DNA from: Octopus vulgaris
Taxonomy: Eukaryota
Assembly (NCBI GenBank): GCA_951406725.2
Contig: OX597825.1
Coordinates: 22,568,001 to 22,632,000, forward strand
Direction of reading: 5' to 3'
Length of the DNA: 64,000 nucleotides
A program made the translations under genes and the position numbers. This document shows, piece after piece, positions 1 to 13,275 of this stretch. Every line of letters starts with the position of its first letter. The stretch's first letter is position 1. Under the pieces are notes generated by a model. That model was not told the origin of the DNA, made no database searches, and worked only from the letters and a program-made list of their open reading frames with translations.

Positions 1-87
1 TTTTCCATATATATATATATATCTGTATATATATATATATATATATATATGAGGTAGAAAATATTTTAGTGGGAAAACACACGTGGT

Positions 88-145
<58 letters not shown>

Positions 146-147
<2 letters not shown>

Positions 148-612
148 AAAGAGAAAACATGAAAAAACACTGATTTGTTTTACAGGACTTAAAAATATAA
201 ATATATTAGAAGCATGATAATAAAGATATTATACAAGTTTGTACAAAATAAGGTTTTGTTCTTTAAATATAATTGAAGTAAGGACCCTTTTCGCATTGCT
301 TATCAAACTGACAGTTGAAAAAGGCATATTGCTAGGTGAGATAAATGTTCACTCATTTATTTTGCTGTAAAGCGGGGGTAAATCTGTAATTTGTATTTTT
401 TGCCTTTTTTGGTGTTCTCTACTTTATTCTGGCTTATATCTAACATTAGATATAGTAATTCCTTTATTTTTAATATGGGTTCATATTTAATTCTGGTTTA
501 TATTTGTGGATAAACGAGGCCTCTTTATTGAGTCTTACTTGTGTTGAGTCCCAGAAGAGATGTTGATAAAATGGGAAAATTACGAATTCTTGTTTTAATC
601 GTTATACACATT
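146..612 (-). mobile_element. Penelope-like element 3' end (GIY-YIG C-terminus plus 3' UTR/pLTR), inverted copy
   Basis: Minus strand 586..470 translates FVIFPFYQHLFWDSTQVRLNKEASFIHKYKPELNMNPY*, matching the PLE GIY-YIG C-terminal pattern (IFPFY..R..KE..FI.KYKP.LN). It is a diverged inverted homolog of 968-1440, has a degenerate hammerhead at 283-306 and abuts (TA)n. Confidence 0.75.
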
Positions 613-939
613 TGTCAGTTAAGTAATAGCCATACTTAATAATGATGAGTACTACGAAAAAAATCAACAATTACACTCGCAAAATAATAATGTAAAACCT
701 CTTTTCAATAAGTCAAACCCATAGAAAAGAGTTAACAACTAAACGAAGTCGACTATTTGACAAACTTTAAATGTAAACCCAGCCTTTTCTACGGTCTATC
801 TAAAATATACAGAAGCCAAACTATAAACGAGGCCATCAAAATTCTCCAAAGGCGTACATGCATATTCTAGCACCAGGAGACCTAAAACTATGGCTCACTG
901 TCGCTGGACCATCCTGTGAAACACATCGATTAAGTTGCT

Positions 940-1440
940 TTATGGCCATTCGCCGGAAACCATTTCTAAAATGTATGTGCAGAACGATAAAAAACATTAT
1001 TCGTAATTTTCCCATTTTACCAACATGACTTCTGGGCATCAACACAAGTAAGACTCAATAAACCGGCCTCATTTATCCAAAAATATAAACCAGTATTAAA
1101 TATGAACCCATATTAAAAATAAAGGACTTACTCCATCTAATTTAAGATATCAGCCAGAATAAAGTAGAGGACACACAAAAGAAATTAGGTTTACCTCCCT
1201 TTTAATGCAAAATAAATGAGTGAATAATTTATCTCACCTAGCCATATATTTTTTGCCTCTAGCAATAAAACTTTTCAACTCTCAGATTGATGGGCAATGC
1301 GAAACCGATCCTTGCTTCAATTATGTTGAAAGAACAAAACCTTATTTTGTACAAAATGTATAGTATCTAGATTATCATGGCTCTATTATACTTCTAAATC
1401 CTGTAAAATAAATCGTCTGTGTTTTTTCATCTTTTCCCCT
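940..1440 (+). mobile_element. Penelope-like element 3' end (GIY-YIG C-terminus plus 3' UTR/pLTR)
   Basis: 1000..1116 translates FVIFPFYQHDFWASTQVRLNKPASFIQKYKPVLNMNPY*, preceded by an H..CA remnant with stops. Hammerhead-like TTGATGG-GCAATGC-GAAAC-CG-ATC at 1287-1310. Followed by (CT)n(TA)n. Confidence 0.75.
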
Positions 1441-1910
<470 letters not shown>

Positions 1911-2573
1911 TTTCAGTATGTATCTATTATCTATCTGTGTCTGTACTTGTGTTCTTGCAAGTGTGTATGCGTGTGAGTTTCTATACGTGTACGTATGTAT
2001 ATGCGTGCTTCTATATTGTGGCAGACATTGGCATACATATATGCGTTAAGTAAAAGAGAGAACGCACAGGCTGAATATTCTTTCAATGTACTACAAAAGA
2101 TACATCTAAAATACTGCTCTTAGAAATCGACCTCCCCTTATGGATTGGATGAACGCCTTCAACCAAATAGCAGCAATATAAAATATATGTGGTATTTGAA
2201 AATCGTAGATTAAGGTCACAATATCAAATAGTCTGCCAGTCATATTTCATTGTGGTTATTTCAAAGTCCAAATTCCATATTGACCGCATTTTCTTTCTAT
2301 CATTCCTAGATACAAATATTACATACGTCTTAACTATAAAACTTAAGTAAAGTCTTTTGTTGCATGTCAATGCTAACATAGTTTTGGTCGATACAAGCTT
2401 CGAATTCTGCATTTTACCTATTTTATTTACGTCTATCAATTCAAATACAATCTTTACAAGCATCCATATATGTAAAGACTTCAAAGAATGCATATTTATG
2501 TAAGTGGACTTCGATTTAACTCTGTATAATGTGGTTACTTTGTACGTGCGCGCACACACACATGACAATAGAT

Positions 2574-2656
<83 letters not shown>

Positions 2657-2705
2657 GCATGTTTGTGTACATATATACATGTGTGTGTGTGCATGCAGAT
2701 AGATA

Positions 2706-3016
2706 GGTGCGTGGCTTAGTAGTTAGGGCATTCGGCTCATGATTGTAAGGTCATGGGTTCACATCACGGTGATGCGTTGTGTCCTTGAGCAAGACGCTTT
2801 ATTTCACGTTGCTCTAGTCCAGTCAGCTAGATGAAATGATCTGTACCTGTATTTCAAAGGGTCAGCCTCGTCGCACTCTGTGTCACGCTGAATCTTCCTG
2901 AGAACTGCGTTAAAATTACACATATCTGTGGAGTTGTCAGCCACTTGCACGTCAATTTCATGAGCAAGCTGTTCCGTTGATCGTATAAATTAGGACCCTT
3001 GCTGTTATAACCGACA
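2706..3016 (+). mobile_element. tRNA-derived SINE (family D: B-type core plus C-type tail)
   Basis: A-box-like TGGCTTAGTAG head. Core GTTGTGTCCTTGAGCAAGACGCTTTATTTCACGTTGCTC is shared with 19148-19459; tail CTGTACCTGTATTTCAAAGGG...CTGTTCCGTTGATC is shared with 31393-31776. Confidence 0.85.
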
Positions 3017-3029
3017 TATGATCCTACTA

Positions 3030-3072
<43 letters not shown>

Positions 3073-3084
3073 CATACACTCTAG

Positions 3085-3280
3085 CAAACCGGGCAAAATG
3101 CTTAGCGTCATTTTATCTGTCTTTACCTTCTAAGTTCAAATTCTATTGAGGTGGAATTTGTCTTTCTTCCTTTTGGGGTCGATATAATTAGTACCAAGAC
3201 GAGTTCTGGGGTCGAGTTAATAGATTAGCCACCTCCCCAAAATTATAGGCATTGTGCATATCATAAGAAAGATTTTTATC
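3085..3280 (+). mobile_element. degenerate SINE family F
   Basis: Similar to 33575-33795 (GAGTTCAAATTC...CCTTTYGGGGTCGATA..AGTACC). Confidence 0.75.
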
Positions 3281-3289
3281 AATATTATT

Positions 3290-4450
3290 ATTCTTGAACA
3301 AGAAGTTTCGGATAGGTAATTCATCAGCGGATTGTGATTTGTTAGAGTTACTCTTGCCTTTGTATAGTCTCATTTGAGTTGAAGTCTTCTGAAGATGTTT
3401 GAGTACCAACGGGAGAGAAATTAGAATTTCATGGTCGGTTGCTTTGGTGTTTTACGGTCGGAGAAGCATTTTGAAAAAAATGATTAATTTTGGGGTTATG
3501 TTATTGTTTAAAATTATTCATGAATGTATAAGTTTTTATACAAGCCTGTAAGAATTTTTCATTTGTTTGTTCGACACAAGATGCGACAATAATTTTGTTA
3601 CTTTTGGTATTACTGGATTTAATCCCTTTGCTCAGAAAATGTAATGGTTAAAGTCACTTATGCTTAAATACTGACCTTTGTGCCTTTGACCTTTGCATTG
3701 AAAAACAAAAGGATTAATCCAGTTGTACTAAAAGCCATAAAGATACTGTCACACCTGTCTACTTAACAAAAGCGAAACAACTAAACACAGTTTACAAAGT
3801 TCTCTATACATGGATAAATCATAAATACTAGCTTAACCACAAATTCACTCAATTAAAAGTTCTTCAGAACACCTCTACATACCATCTAATCATAAATTCC
3901 TAATTCTTACCCCACTCAAATCCGCAAACTTAGAGCAGACTAATTCTAATCCATCACAATCTAAGAATGACTTAGAATATATTTAAATCGTTATGTTAGA
4001 AAAATGTTATAAATTTTTCTTTATAGTAATATAGTTTTTGGAGAAATAACCGGTTTCGTACTTTCTTTTCAAATTTCTCAAATTTCTTTACCTATATTGC
4101 CTCATGTTTTTGTTATGTTATGAAATACGGAGTTCCAGACGGGGTAAGGTAATCAGGGATATTTTCGGTATTAGGGAGATAATCGAAAAGTTTGGGAATG
4201 ACTAGGTTTTAATTAATTTAACATGATTTGGTTGAGAAGGAATAGAATGTTACAAGTGGTTAGGTTTTGTTTTATATTTTTTCAATGTGCTTTACTAAAC
4301 TTTGTGCCTTTGACCTTTGCATTAAAAAATAAAGGATTAATCAAATTGTATCAAAGGCTATAAAAATACTGTCAAATCTGTCTATTTAACAAAAGAGAAA
4401 CAACTAAACACTTGTTTACAAAGTTCTATATACATGGATAAATCATTAGT
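3290..4450. mobile_element. cluster of decayed Penelope-like 3' ends (direct and inverted copies)
   Basis: 3676-3822 and 4300-4445 are direct copies; ~3470-3630 is a diverged inverted homolog. Frameshifted translation gives DLCIEK...LLNK(R/S)E...C, like a PLE GIY-YIG tail. CTGATGA...GAAAC...GTT lies on the minus strand at 3293-3332. Confidence 0.5.
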
Positions 4451-4634
4451 TAAATTGAGGCCCCTTACTAGGTCGGTATAATCCGCACACCCAAACGGAT
4501 ATTAATTGAATGTTGAATAACAAGACACCATGCAAAAGTGTTTGTACCTGATATTCCTGCCATACGTGCAGAGAACGCGAGCCAACTAAGTGAAGATATC
4601 TGCTCTTGGTAATTCAGACATTTACTTTTATAAA

Positions 4635-4800
4635 GGTACTTTGTATAGTACATTGTTTACATTATTTATAATTGTTGTCAATTTGTTGTTAACGCGAATT
4701 TTCGTCTGATATACCCGCCAAACCTCATCAGCTATCTTGGGGAAATTTCGGACCTGGATTCTCATTCCTAATGTATTTTTAGATGTTGTTGTTGTTATTA
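4635..4800 (-). mobile_element. hammerhead-bearing SINE, 3' half (second copy of 43368-43757)
   Basis: The reverse complement aligns with 43583-43730 and contains CTGATGA-G-GTTTGG-cgggtata-TCAGAC-GAAA. Confidence 0.75.
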
Positions 4801-4865
4801 TAATTATTCTCATCATCAACATCATCATCATCATCATCATCATTATTATTATTATTATTATCATT

Positions 4866-5325
4866 GAGTGAAAGAGCGGTGCATGCCATCAAAGTGAGAC
4901 TGGGGTAAAATATACGAAGCCCAGTATACCAATCAGGACTGCCCGTCTGATAAGGGTACTCCAGGCACATGCATCACAACCATATGTGCGCGACATGGTG
5001 ATCCCATATCAAGATAAACAGCACATGACCTTGCAGGTGGGACCCAGTTAGAATTTTCTTCTGGCCGAGTAGCCCATCCAGTTCAAAAGGTCCCTGAATA
5101 AGGACTGTTTAAGGATGTTGAACGAAACACCCATGTTTCCAGAGGTAAATTATTCAAATCTCAAAGAATTCCTCTCAACACATGCCTATGATGCTCCCCC
5201 ACTACTTCTGCTCGTGGTCAGAGATGCACATATCGTCAGCCACTAAGGGACATGGTCAACTGGTTAAGGTCAAACAACTGACAAGCAAATCTGTGGTATT
5301 GAGCAGAATATCTGTTGTAGCCCAT
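4866..5325 (-). mobile_element. 3' UTR or non-autonomous derivative of an R4/Dong-type LINE in a trinucleotide repeat
   Basis: First ~120 bp on + match 39817-39933, the 3' end of the LINE. Flanked on both sides by ATT/ATC/ACT repeats. Confidence 0.7.
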
Positions 5326-5342
5326 ATTATTACTATTATTAT

Positions 5343-5413
<71 letters not shown>

Positions 5414-5439
5414 TTTAGAATGAATATACCGACAAAATA

Positions 5440-5795
5440 ACATGAATCTTGGATGGAAAAAGTTGAAGTCTATGACTTTTCTCTTTCCTGTCCCTAATCC
5501 TAATCCACTAGATTGTACTCCTCTGCTATTGTCCTTAAACCATGAAATGACTTCCTTGCTGTTGCGCCACAGGGCGAGGTCAGAGGCGTAACTAACGCCG
5601 TTACTGATCTTCCTGAGGAAACGTTTGCTCACCGATCTCAGACTTCGCCGTGTTTATCATCCTGCATTTAGGGTAGGATGTAAAGTTAGGCTCATTATCC
5701 TCGATCTTTATAAAGGCCACTTTCTTCACAAGCGTCTCTACTCTATTTTCTATACGTAGATTAAAAACTATATCTCTGGCCTTCTGGTCAATACT
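5440..5795 (-). pseudogene. Penelope-like reverse transcriptase fragment (frameshifted)
   Basis: ORFs 5601-5846 and 5411-5632 join to AFIKIEDNEPNFTSYPKCRMINTAKSEIG/SKRFLRKIS...LWRNSKEVISWFK, matching the PLE RT pattern AFITLKDHK.NF...PKCRLINPAKSEIGK.SK...W.NT..VI.WFK. Confidence 0.75.
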
Positions 5796-6440
5796 GTGTG
5801 CGTGTGTGTGTTTATGTTTCTGTGTATCTCTTATGCCAACCTTCAACGTTCAGCCCTGCCCCTGCAGATCAAGCTGAATACCAAGCCGTTGTCCACTTCG
5901 TTATTCATTCGCTTTTAACCGCATATCCTGTCAATTACTGATTATCATTACTTTACAGGAAATAGATTTTCTCACTCTAACATCTTAGCAAATATTCCGT
6001 CTGTCACTTATTGAATTTCCTTTAAAATAAACTCAGCTGTGCTTGCGTTAATACATTTATGCCTATGTCTGTCCGTATTTTACATCATTCCAACCAGGTA
6101 ATTTAGAATATATACGCTATAGACACTTACACATACACACGGGCGCGTATGTATGTATGTGTGTAACTGTGTGTGTGTGTGTAATTATAAGATCCAAAGA
6201 TCTAAGTGTAGGAAGTTTGTAAACATCACCCAATCCGTGAGAGCTCTAAAATCAACGTCCAGGACCAATAATGATTTATTATCGAGTGTTGTAGTTTTTC
6301 CGCTATCAAAGTTTGATAAGCAGACATTATTATTATAGCTTACGGTTAACAATTTGAGTCGCTATGAATGCGTTAAACTAATTCATCTGTTTGTTGTCTA
6401 CACCACTTGTCTTCTTTTGTTTCGCTTTTGTGAATGCTCC

Positions 6441-6524
<84 letters not shown>

Positions 6525-6677
6525 AAGGAAATGAAGAAAATGCTGACAAAATAATTTAAGTAAGGGAGAGTGTATTTAATTAGGTGAAAGTTATTTTTAC
6601 CGGTTGCGCATTTGTTATGCTTATCAAAAGATATTTTTTTAAGAGAGATAGAGTTCATTTCTGATAGATTTTTTTCT

Positions 6678-6732
<55 letters not shown>

Positions 6733-6733
6733 A

Positions 6734-7036
6734 GGGGAAGGCCGGTTTAAAAAATTACCTTACGTTTCCCGTCCATAAAGGGCTTACTTTATGACGTATT
6801 GTCAGATCCCGAAAACATGTTGGCTCATGAGCTCTTAAAAATATTTTAAGGATACAACGTTCAACTTCTCTCTCTTTCTCTCTTTATTCCCGTTCCTCTG
6901 CTTCTTTCCTAACAATCCCACCCAAATTCCACTCCTAAATCTTTGACTTCTTTTTCTTTTTCTCTTATTCTTAATTATTTTACCCCCTGTGAATTTTTTC
7001 TTTAAAGAAATATTTATGCATAAACCGGCCTTCCCC
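6734..7036. mobile_element. short element with 16-bp terminal inverted repeat and a degenerate hammerhead on the minus strand
   Basis: GGGGAAGGCCGGTTTA (6734-6749) / TAAACCGGCCTTCCCC (7021-7036). Minus strand 6805..6761 reads CTGACAA-stem II-GAAAC-GTA. Confidence 0.5.
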
Positions 7037-7142
7037 ACTTTTACTACATACTTCTCTACAATTAGCGTGTGCTTCTTTCGGGTTTATGTATTTTAGAAAC
7101 GATATATATATATATGTGTGTGTGCTTGTATGTGTGTGTGCT

Positions 7143-7204
<62 letters not shown>

Positions 7205-7227
7205 CGTGTGTCTGTGTGTAAATATAC

Positions 7228-7384
7228 GGCGAGCTCCTTTAATTTTTCCTCTAGCAAATTCACTCGCAAAGCTTCGGCTGGCCTGACGCTATAGTAGTTA
7301 AATCTAGCCCAAGGTGCTACGCAGTGGCACTGAAGCCAGGACCATGTGTATGAGAAGCCAGCTTCTTACCACACATCCATACCT
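7228..7384 (-). mobile_element. degenerate SINE family A head
   Basis: Similar to the head of 51407-51828. Confidence 0.7.
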
Positions 7385-8047
7385 AATCAAGTAGAGGCAT
7401 ACCTTAAGGTTATAAAACAAAACATCTGCAAGAAGACACTCATACATATAATGGAGAATATTTTTACTGTAATATATCCATATCTATCACAGCCACATTC
7501 ATGCATACAAAATCCATGTACACGCAGAGAAAAATTACATTTAAATACGTCATTATGCTTGATGCCATGGTGACAGATTCTCATGACATGCCCGGAAATA
7601 ATATTTGAATATTTCAAAAGAAAAAAAAATCAAATCCGAACACTTCATTTAAAAGACAAAAATACAAAATTGTCACTGACAGCTACAGTAACAAATGTTA
7701 ACAGATATTCTTTAAAAAACTGTTATTTATGTATATAACTCCTTGTTTATTTACCTATTTGTCCATTGGAATATTTCCTTTTTGCGCAGTCAGCTAGTGA
7801 GTCGAGTAACTTAGAATACATAGACAAAAGCGTTAGATTAATATGTCTGATAAACTTACTTGGTGGATAAAAATTTCAGTATCGAGTAGACATTTTGTTT
7901 TTTTCACTTTTGTCTCGTCAACGAATAATTACTGACGTCAATTTGGGGTAATTATTTATGCACAGCTAATTATCTTTACATAAATAATGCACATAACCGG
8001 AAAAGAAAATTGTATGTATGTATATATATATAATTTTAACATGTGAA

Positions 8048-8144
8048 AGATGCAGGTAGAAATAGGAAAGAAGTAAATCTAAGACATTTCAATTCTAAAA
8101 TGAAACGTCTTAGATTTACCTCTGTGCTCTTTCCACCTCCATCT
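8048..8144. repeat. fold-back inverted repeat (~44-bp arms, 9-nt loop)
   Basis: Inner arms 8073-8091 / 8101-8119 match 18/19; outer arms are more diverged. Contains GAAAC-GTC. Confidence 0.75.
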
Positions 8145-8581
8145 GATATATATATATATATATATATATATCACCCAGCGAACTTCCACCATGGGTCATC
8201 ACAATTGCTTAAGGTAAAAATGAATTCCTCGCTCTTTCGGAAACATCAATCTTCTGTATTGACCGCTTTCCACCACTTTGATCTGTTTTTTGTATTGAAT
8301 ACGTATCGCCACCGTGAGCCACTGCATCGAACACTTTGAACATATACTTCAAACTATATATCAACTATACATGAACTATATATCAACTATACATGAACTC
8401 TAAGATGTCTGACTCCGTTGTGTATTATAAATGAATTTCTTGTGTTTGACGGCATGAGCTGTCTTTTTTTTATATATAACTTTTTTTGATAAGGTTCATT
8501 TCAGGAACTGAAACATGTTATAATGTATATATAAAAATTAAAAATTGTATAATACAGCAGCATTTTCGAACTTCATTTTTT

Positions 8582-8585
<4 letters not shown>

Positions 8586-8642
<57 letters not shown>

Positions 8643-8814
8643 ATGATATATATATATATAGAGAGAGAGAGAATGATAGGCAGAGAGATTGATAGTTACA
8701 GGGATAAATAGATAGAAATACGTGTTTGTGTGTACATGCATCTAAAATTGAATAAATATGATGATATATATGTTGAATACGTCCATGCATTCATAAATAT
8801 AATGTAAATGTGTG

Positions 8815-8845
<31 letters not shown>

Positions 8846-8865
8846 ATACATACATATACATACAT

Positions 8866-8910
<45 letters not shown>

Positions 8911-9016
8911 CATATACATACATATACATACATATACATACATATACATACATATACATATATATGTATATATATATATATGTATATACATACGTATACT
9001 TATATATGTATGTATG

Positions 9017-9065
<49 letters not shown>

Positions 9066-9075
9066 GTATTATATG

Positions 9076-9112
<37 letters not shown>

Positions 9113-9135
9113 ATGTATGTATATTATATGCATAC

Positions 9136-9177
<42 letters not shown>

Positions 9178-9180
9178 GGA
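8586..9180. repeat. compound (TA)n/(GA)n/(TACA)n microsatellites
   Basis: Directly visible. Confidence 0.9.
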
Positions 9181-9319
9181 GATGGAAAGAGAACGAGAGA
9201 ACGAGAGAGAGAAAGAGTGAAAAGATTTATGTACGGCTTGTCATCATTAGTGCATTTCCATTTTTATTGCTGTGAATATTACCATTCATAGGAAGGTTCT
9301 TTGATAGTCAGAAATGTCA

Positions 9320-9932
9320 GAAACTTAGGCAGAATCCCTTGCGGTATTTCCTCCGGCTCTTTACATTCTTTGTTCGAGTGACGTTTAAATCAACTTTGGG
9401 CTTCATCTCCCCGGTACAGTACTTGACCAGTAGCGATGTCGGTATAATCCTTTAACCCTTGTACTCATGAAATTTACTGCCCTTCTATCTAAAATTAGAA
9501 AGAAATATTACCATTGATATTATCGGGTCCCCTCAAAAGATGGGTAGCTGGCAGAAGAGATAGCACACCGGAGAAATATTCTTAGTAGCGTTTCGACCAT
9601 CGTCACGTTCAGAGTTCAAATTCCGCTGAGGTTGACTTTGATTTTCATCCGTTCGGGGTCGATAATATAAGTACCTGTCAAGCACTGGGGTCAATATAAT
9701 CGACTTACTCAGACCCCGAAATCGCTTACCTTGTGCCAAAATTTGAAACCATTTTTATCGTCTCCCTCAAAATGCTTAGCATCAGTATGCCTCTCTATTC
9801 TGAATTCAAATTCCTTCAGGCCGACTTTGCCTTTCGTCTATCGGAATCGATAAAATCAGTGCTGCAGTCATTGAAATCTTTGTATATATTTCCGCTCCTC
9901 CAAAAGTGTTGGTCCTGTGCCAAAATTTGAAA
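9320..9932 (+). mobile_element. three tandem degenerate SINE family F copies (~9320-9500, 9543-9750, 9770-9932)
   Basis: Repeated GAGTTCAAATTCC...GACTTTG...GGGGTCGATAA...GTGCCAAAATTTGAAAC modules. Confidence 0.75.
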
Positions 9933-10881
9933 CATTAGCCTCTCCGTACAGTTTTATATCTCTTCCTATTTTAACACTAATGACAGATACAGCAATATAT
10001 AAGTAAAATTTCACACGTTCAGTTTTACTCCGAAGCATTTTCGTATCTTTTTTTACGTAACCATAGATTTCGAAGCATTGTAAAGTCTACCAAATTCAGT
10101 TATGCAATAAGTTTTCACCCTATTATCAAAATTTCACCTCTTGCTTTCTCCTTCAACTTTTCCTTTCGTATCGTTTTCCAAAATGTTAATTGAAGTTAGT
10201 CATAAAATTCCCAAGGGAATTCTCTAGGAAGATATGCTAATTAGTCGTCAATATCAAACTTTAAAATGTATATAGTCAACAGCAGCAGCAACGACAGCAC
10301 GATGATCACGGCTACGGTCACACCTCAAAAGTAGCACAATTGATGACCTGTTAAACTCTACAATGCAAAGACCTTCACTGTCCCATTCTTCATTTTCTCT
10401 TAACACAACAACTGACCCCTCATCATCATTATCATCAACATCATCATCGTCATCATTTTCATCATCATCATTGCTATAATATACTACTTCTACAACCACA
10501 ACCAATACTATTATCACGTTTTTCTTGCCACCACTGTCCACATCAATTTGAATGTATACTTCACAGCTCCATGATAAATATGCTAAGTGTACATAAAGTA
10601 AAAATCTATAAGCACATGATACCCCAAAATATGCCAGTTTTCTCAATGCAAGGGACAATGCATACGCAATAGCTGCAATTCCACTCATTTACCTGGGACA
10701 AAACACACAATTCGTAACAGAAACACCAGCCAACGCCAAAACATGCGTCTTATGTCACTGCCGCTGTAGCCGCAGCCACCCTCCTCCACCACTTGTAAGT
10801 AATTTTTCAAATTGCTACCTTCAGTGCGGTTTTGTTAACCAGTTTGTCTGAGTCACTGTGTGTGTGTGAGTGTGTGTATAC

Positions 10882-10961
<80 letters not shown>

Positions 10962-11006
10962 CATTTTAGCGCTTTCTTCTGTTATCGGATTTATGTAAGT
11001 AAATAA

Positions 11007-11038
<32 letters not shown>

Positions 11039-11126
11039 ATATATACATATATAGATATGCGTATGTATGTATATATATATATATACATGTATACATATGT
11101 GTATGTGTATATATATATATATATAT

Positions 11127-11209
<83 letters not shown>

Positions 11210-11236
11210 TGTGTGTGCGTGCGTGCGCGCGTGTGT

Positions 11237-11386
11237 ATGTGTGGTACGAAGCTTGCTTCCCAATCACATGCTTCCGGATTCAGTCACTTAGCGTGGCAGC
11301 TTCGGCAAGTGTCTTTTACTATAGACTCTGCCCAACAAAAGCCTTATGAGTGCATTAGGTAGATGGAGTCTGAATGAAGCCCGTCG
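11237..11386 (+). mobile_element. SINE family A head
   Basis: GTGTGGTA...CCCAATCACATG...GGCAAGTGTCTT...GAAGCCCGTCG. Confidence 0.75.
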
Positions 11387-11599
11387 TATATATACTGTCA
11401 CCATTTTCTATTTTTAATTTCACGTGTGTGCATTGTTTGCACACGACTACTCAGTGTGGTAGGGTCAGGTGGGTACCGTCTGTGAGAAAAACAGCACCAT
11501 GACGCAAGCCGTTGATTTCAGTGTCTGCTGTGCGCGACTGGCTTTGAAATGGTTGATTATCTCCCTATGTTAGTGATTTGGTTCCATTTGATTATCATC

Positions 11600-12200
11600 C
11601 GTTTCCCATCATGAGAAAACTCTCGGCTGGACACCAGTATCACTGTCATGATGACATCTTATCTGCTGTTGATGACTATTTTGACCAACTGGATAGGTTC
11701 TTCACCTGTGCGACCCAAGCGCTCCATTACTGATGGAATTGTGTTAACAGTAAGAGGAACAATGTTAAAAGATGAACTTCATTTGGTCTCACTCCATAAG
11801 TGTCTTACTCAGCCTGTGAATATTTCAGCCGAACCTCATAATGAGAAGAATTATTATTATACCTGCATTTGTTTTAATGTTAACATTAAAAAAATCCACA
11901 TTTTCGTAAAAATAAATTGAACTTGGGTTTGCAACCGCTAAGCAAATTTTGTGCCGAGCCACTGTTGAGGTGGATAGAAAACCTGCTCTCGCCTTCAACA
12001 AACACATTTGCTTCACAGAACTAAATGTGAATTATATATGCTAGCATACTTAATTTTCAACGCAAATTTGGAAAAAAATTCACTCCAGCATAAAATGTTT
12101 GTTTTTTCCTCAATTATTCTTCAGACGACAGTGTCGGTAAATCCATCATCGATAACATGTTTTGTGATAGAGAAATACTGTTATAACGCCTGGAAAATCT
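11600..12200 (-). pseudogene. possible highly decayed DNA-transposon PIN/XPG-like nuclease fragment
   Basis: Ordered remnants HVIDDG ... KARAG ... LGRTGEEP ... KIVINSR*DV, weakly resembling VIDG / HEEAD / V.S.DTDV. Many stops and frameshifts. Confidence 0.25.
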
Positions 12201-12910
12201 AAACTTTTCTTTTACTGCTTGTTTACACAATAAGTATTTTTAAGAAGTTTTACACAGAAAAAGTAAACAACAGGTCATTGAACTGTTAAATTTTATTAAG
12301 TCTCACTAAGAAGAAAAATATGTTATTGAAATGTGTACAGGAATGTAAAAGGTGTAAATGTTTGTTTAACGAGCGTGATTTCCATTTATTTACCATTGAA
12401 AGACATTAATACAGAATAAAAATAAAAGCGCATCGATATTTTGTGATAGTAATTTACAGAAGTCACCGAAACATAACAAATATTCCCAAAGACAGAAAAT
12501 GCAGACAGACTTAACTCATTTACGTGATTCAATATGAAAATCTATCTTAGCGCAATTTGTTGTCTAAAATCAAAGAAGAACAACTTTTTTCTGTTAGTAG
12601 CTTTATACAAGAGTCTTTATAATATATTAGTCGGGAATGTAATGTTTTCCAGTCTGTAATTGTATACGTGTTTTGTGATAAAATTTTGGTCATTTTATTT
12701 GAAACGGTGCAGAACACAAATATTTCGAATATAGCGTTCACCAGAAAAATGAGATAGAATTAGTTAGCTAGAGAGTTATAATGTGTTTAGGCTAAACGAA
12801 AACCTGCTGCATGAGGTAATTATAAAGAATTTCAATTTTGAGAATGATCGAAATAGAACAGAAGCGTAAGAGAGCGGGAATTCTTGAGTGACAAAGTATA
12901 ACGAGTACTC

Positions 12911-12985
12911 CAGAGAGGGTGTATGGATATGGTGCAGAGAAGGTGTATGGATATGGTGCAGAGAGGGTGTATGGATATGGTGCAG
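12911..12985 (+). repeat. 24-bp minisatellite x3
   Basis: CAGAGA(G/A)GGTGTATGGATATGGTG at 12911, 12935 and 12959. Confidence 0.95.
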
Positions 12986-13275
12986 GCTTTGCTAGTTTAA
13001 AGGACTGTGTAACATAACCAGAGATGGACAGTGAAGAAATGTGCACAACAGGTAGCCTAGCTCGTCTATAGCCATGTCTTTTACAATCAGCCACGGAACC
13101 TGCATTTAAATATCACTCAGGTGTATACGTATCAACGTAGTTGTTCTACATTTATCAGCTGTCGTTTAGCTGGCGTTGTAGGGGAGCTTTGACGATGAGT
13201 TGCAGTAATTCTTCAGAAAGGAAATATTTCAAACGCTGACGACTGATTGGGTTATAGGAAGTTTTTATAATTTAA

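Noticed and set aside
10254-10688. 144-aa ORF with an acidic tract
   Set aside because: It derives from degenerate CAT/CAA trinucleotide repeats and has no recognisable domain.
12911-12985. 24-bp direct repeats as a CRISPR array
   Set aside because: No spacers, eukaryotic context and no cas genes; a plain minisatellite.
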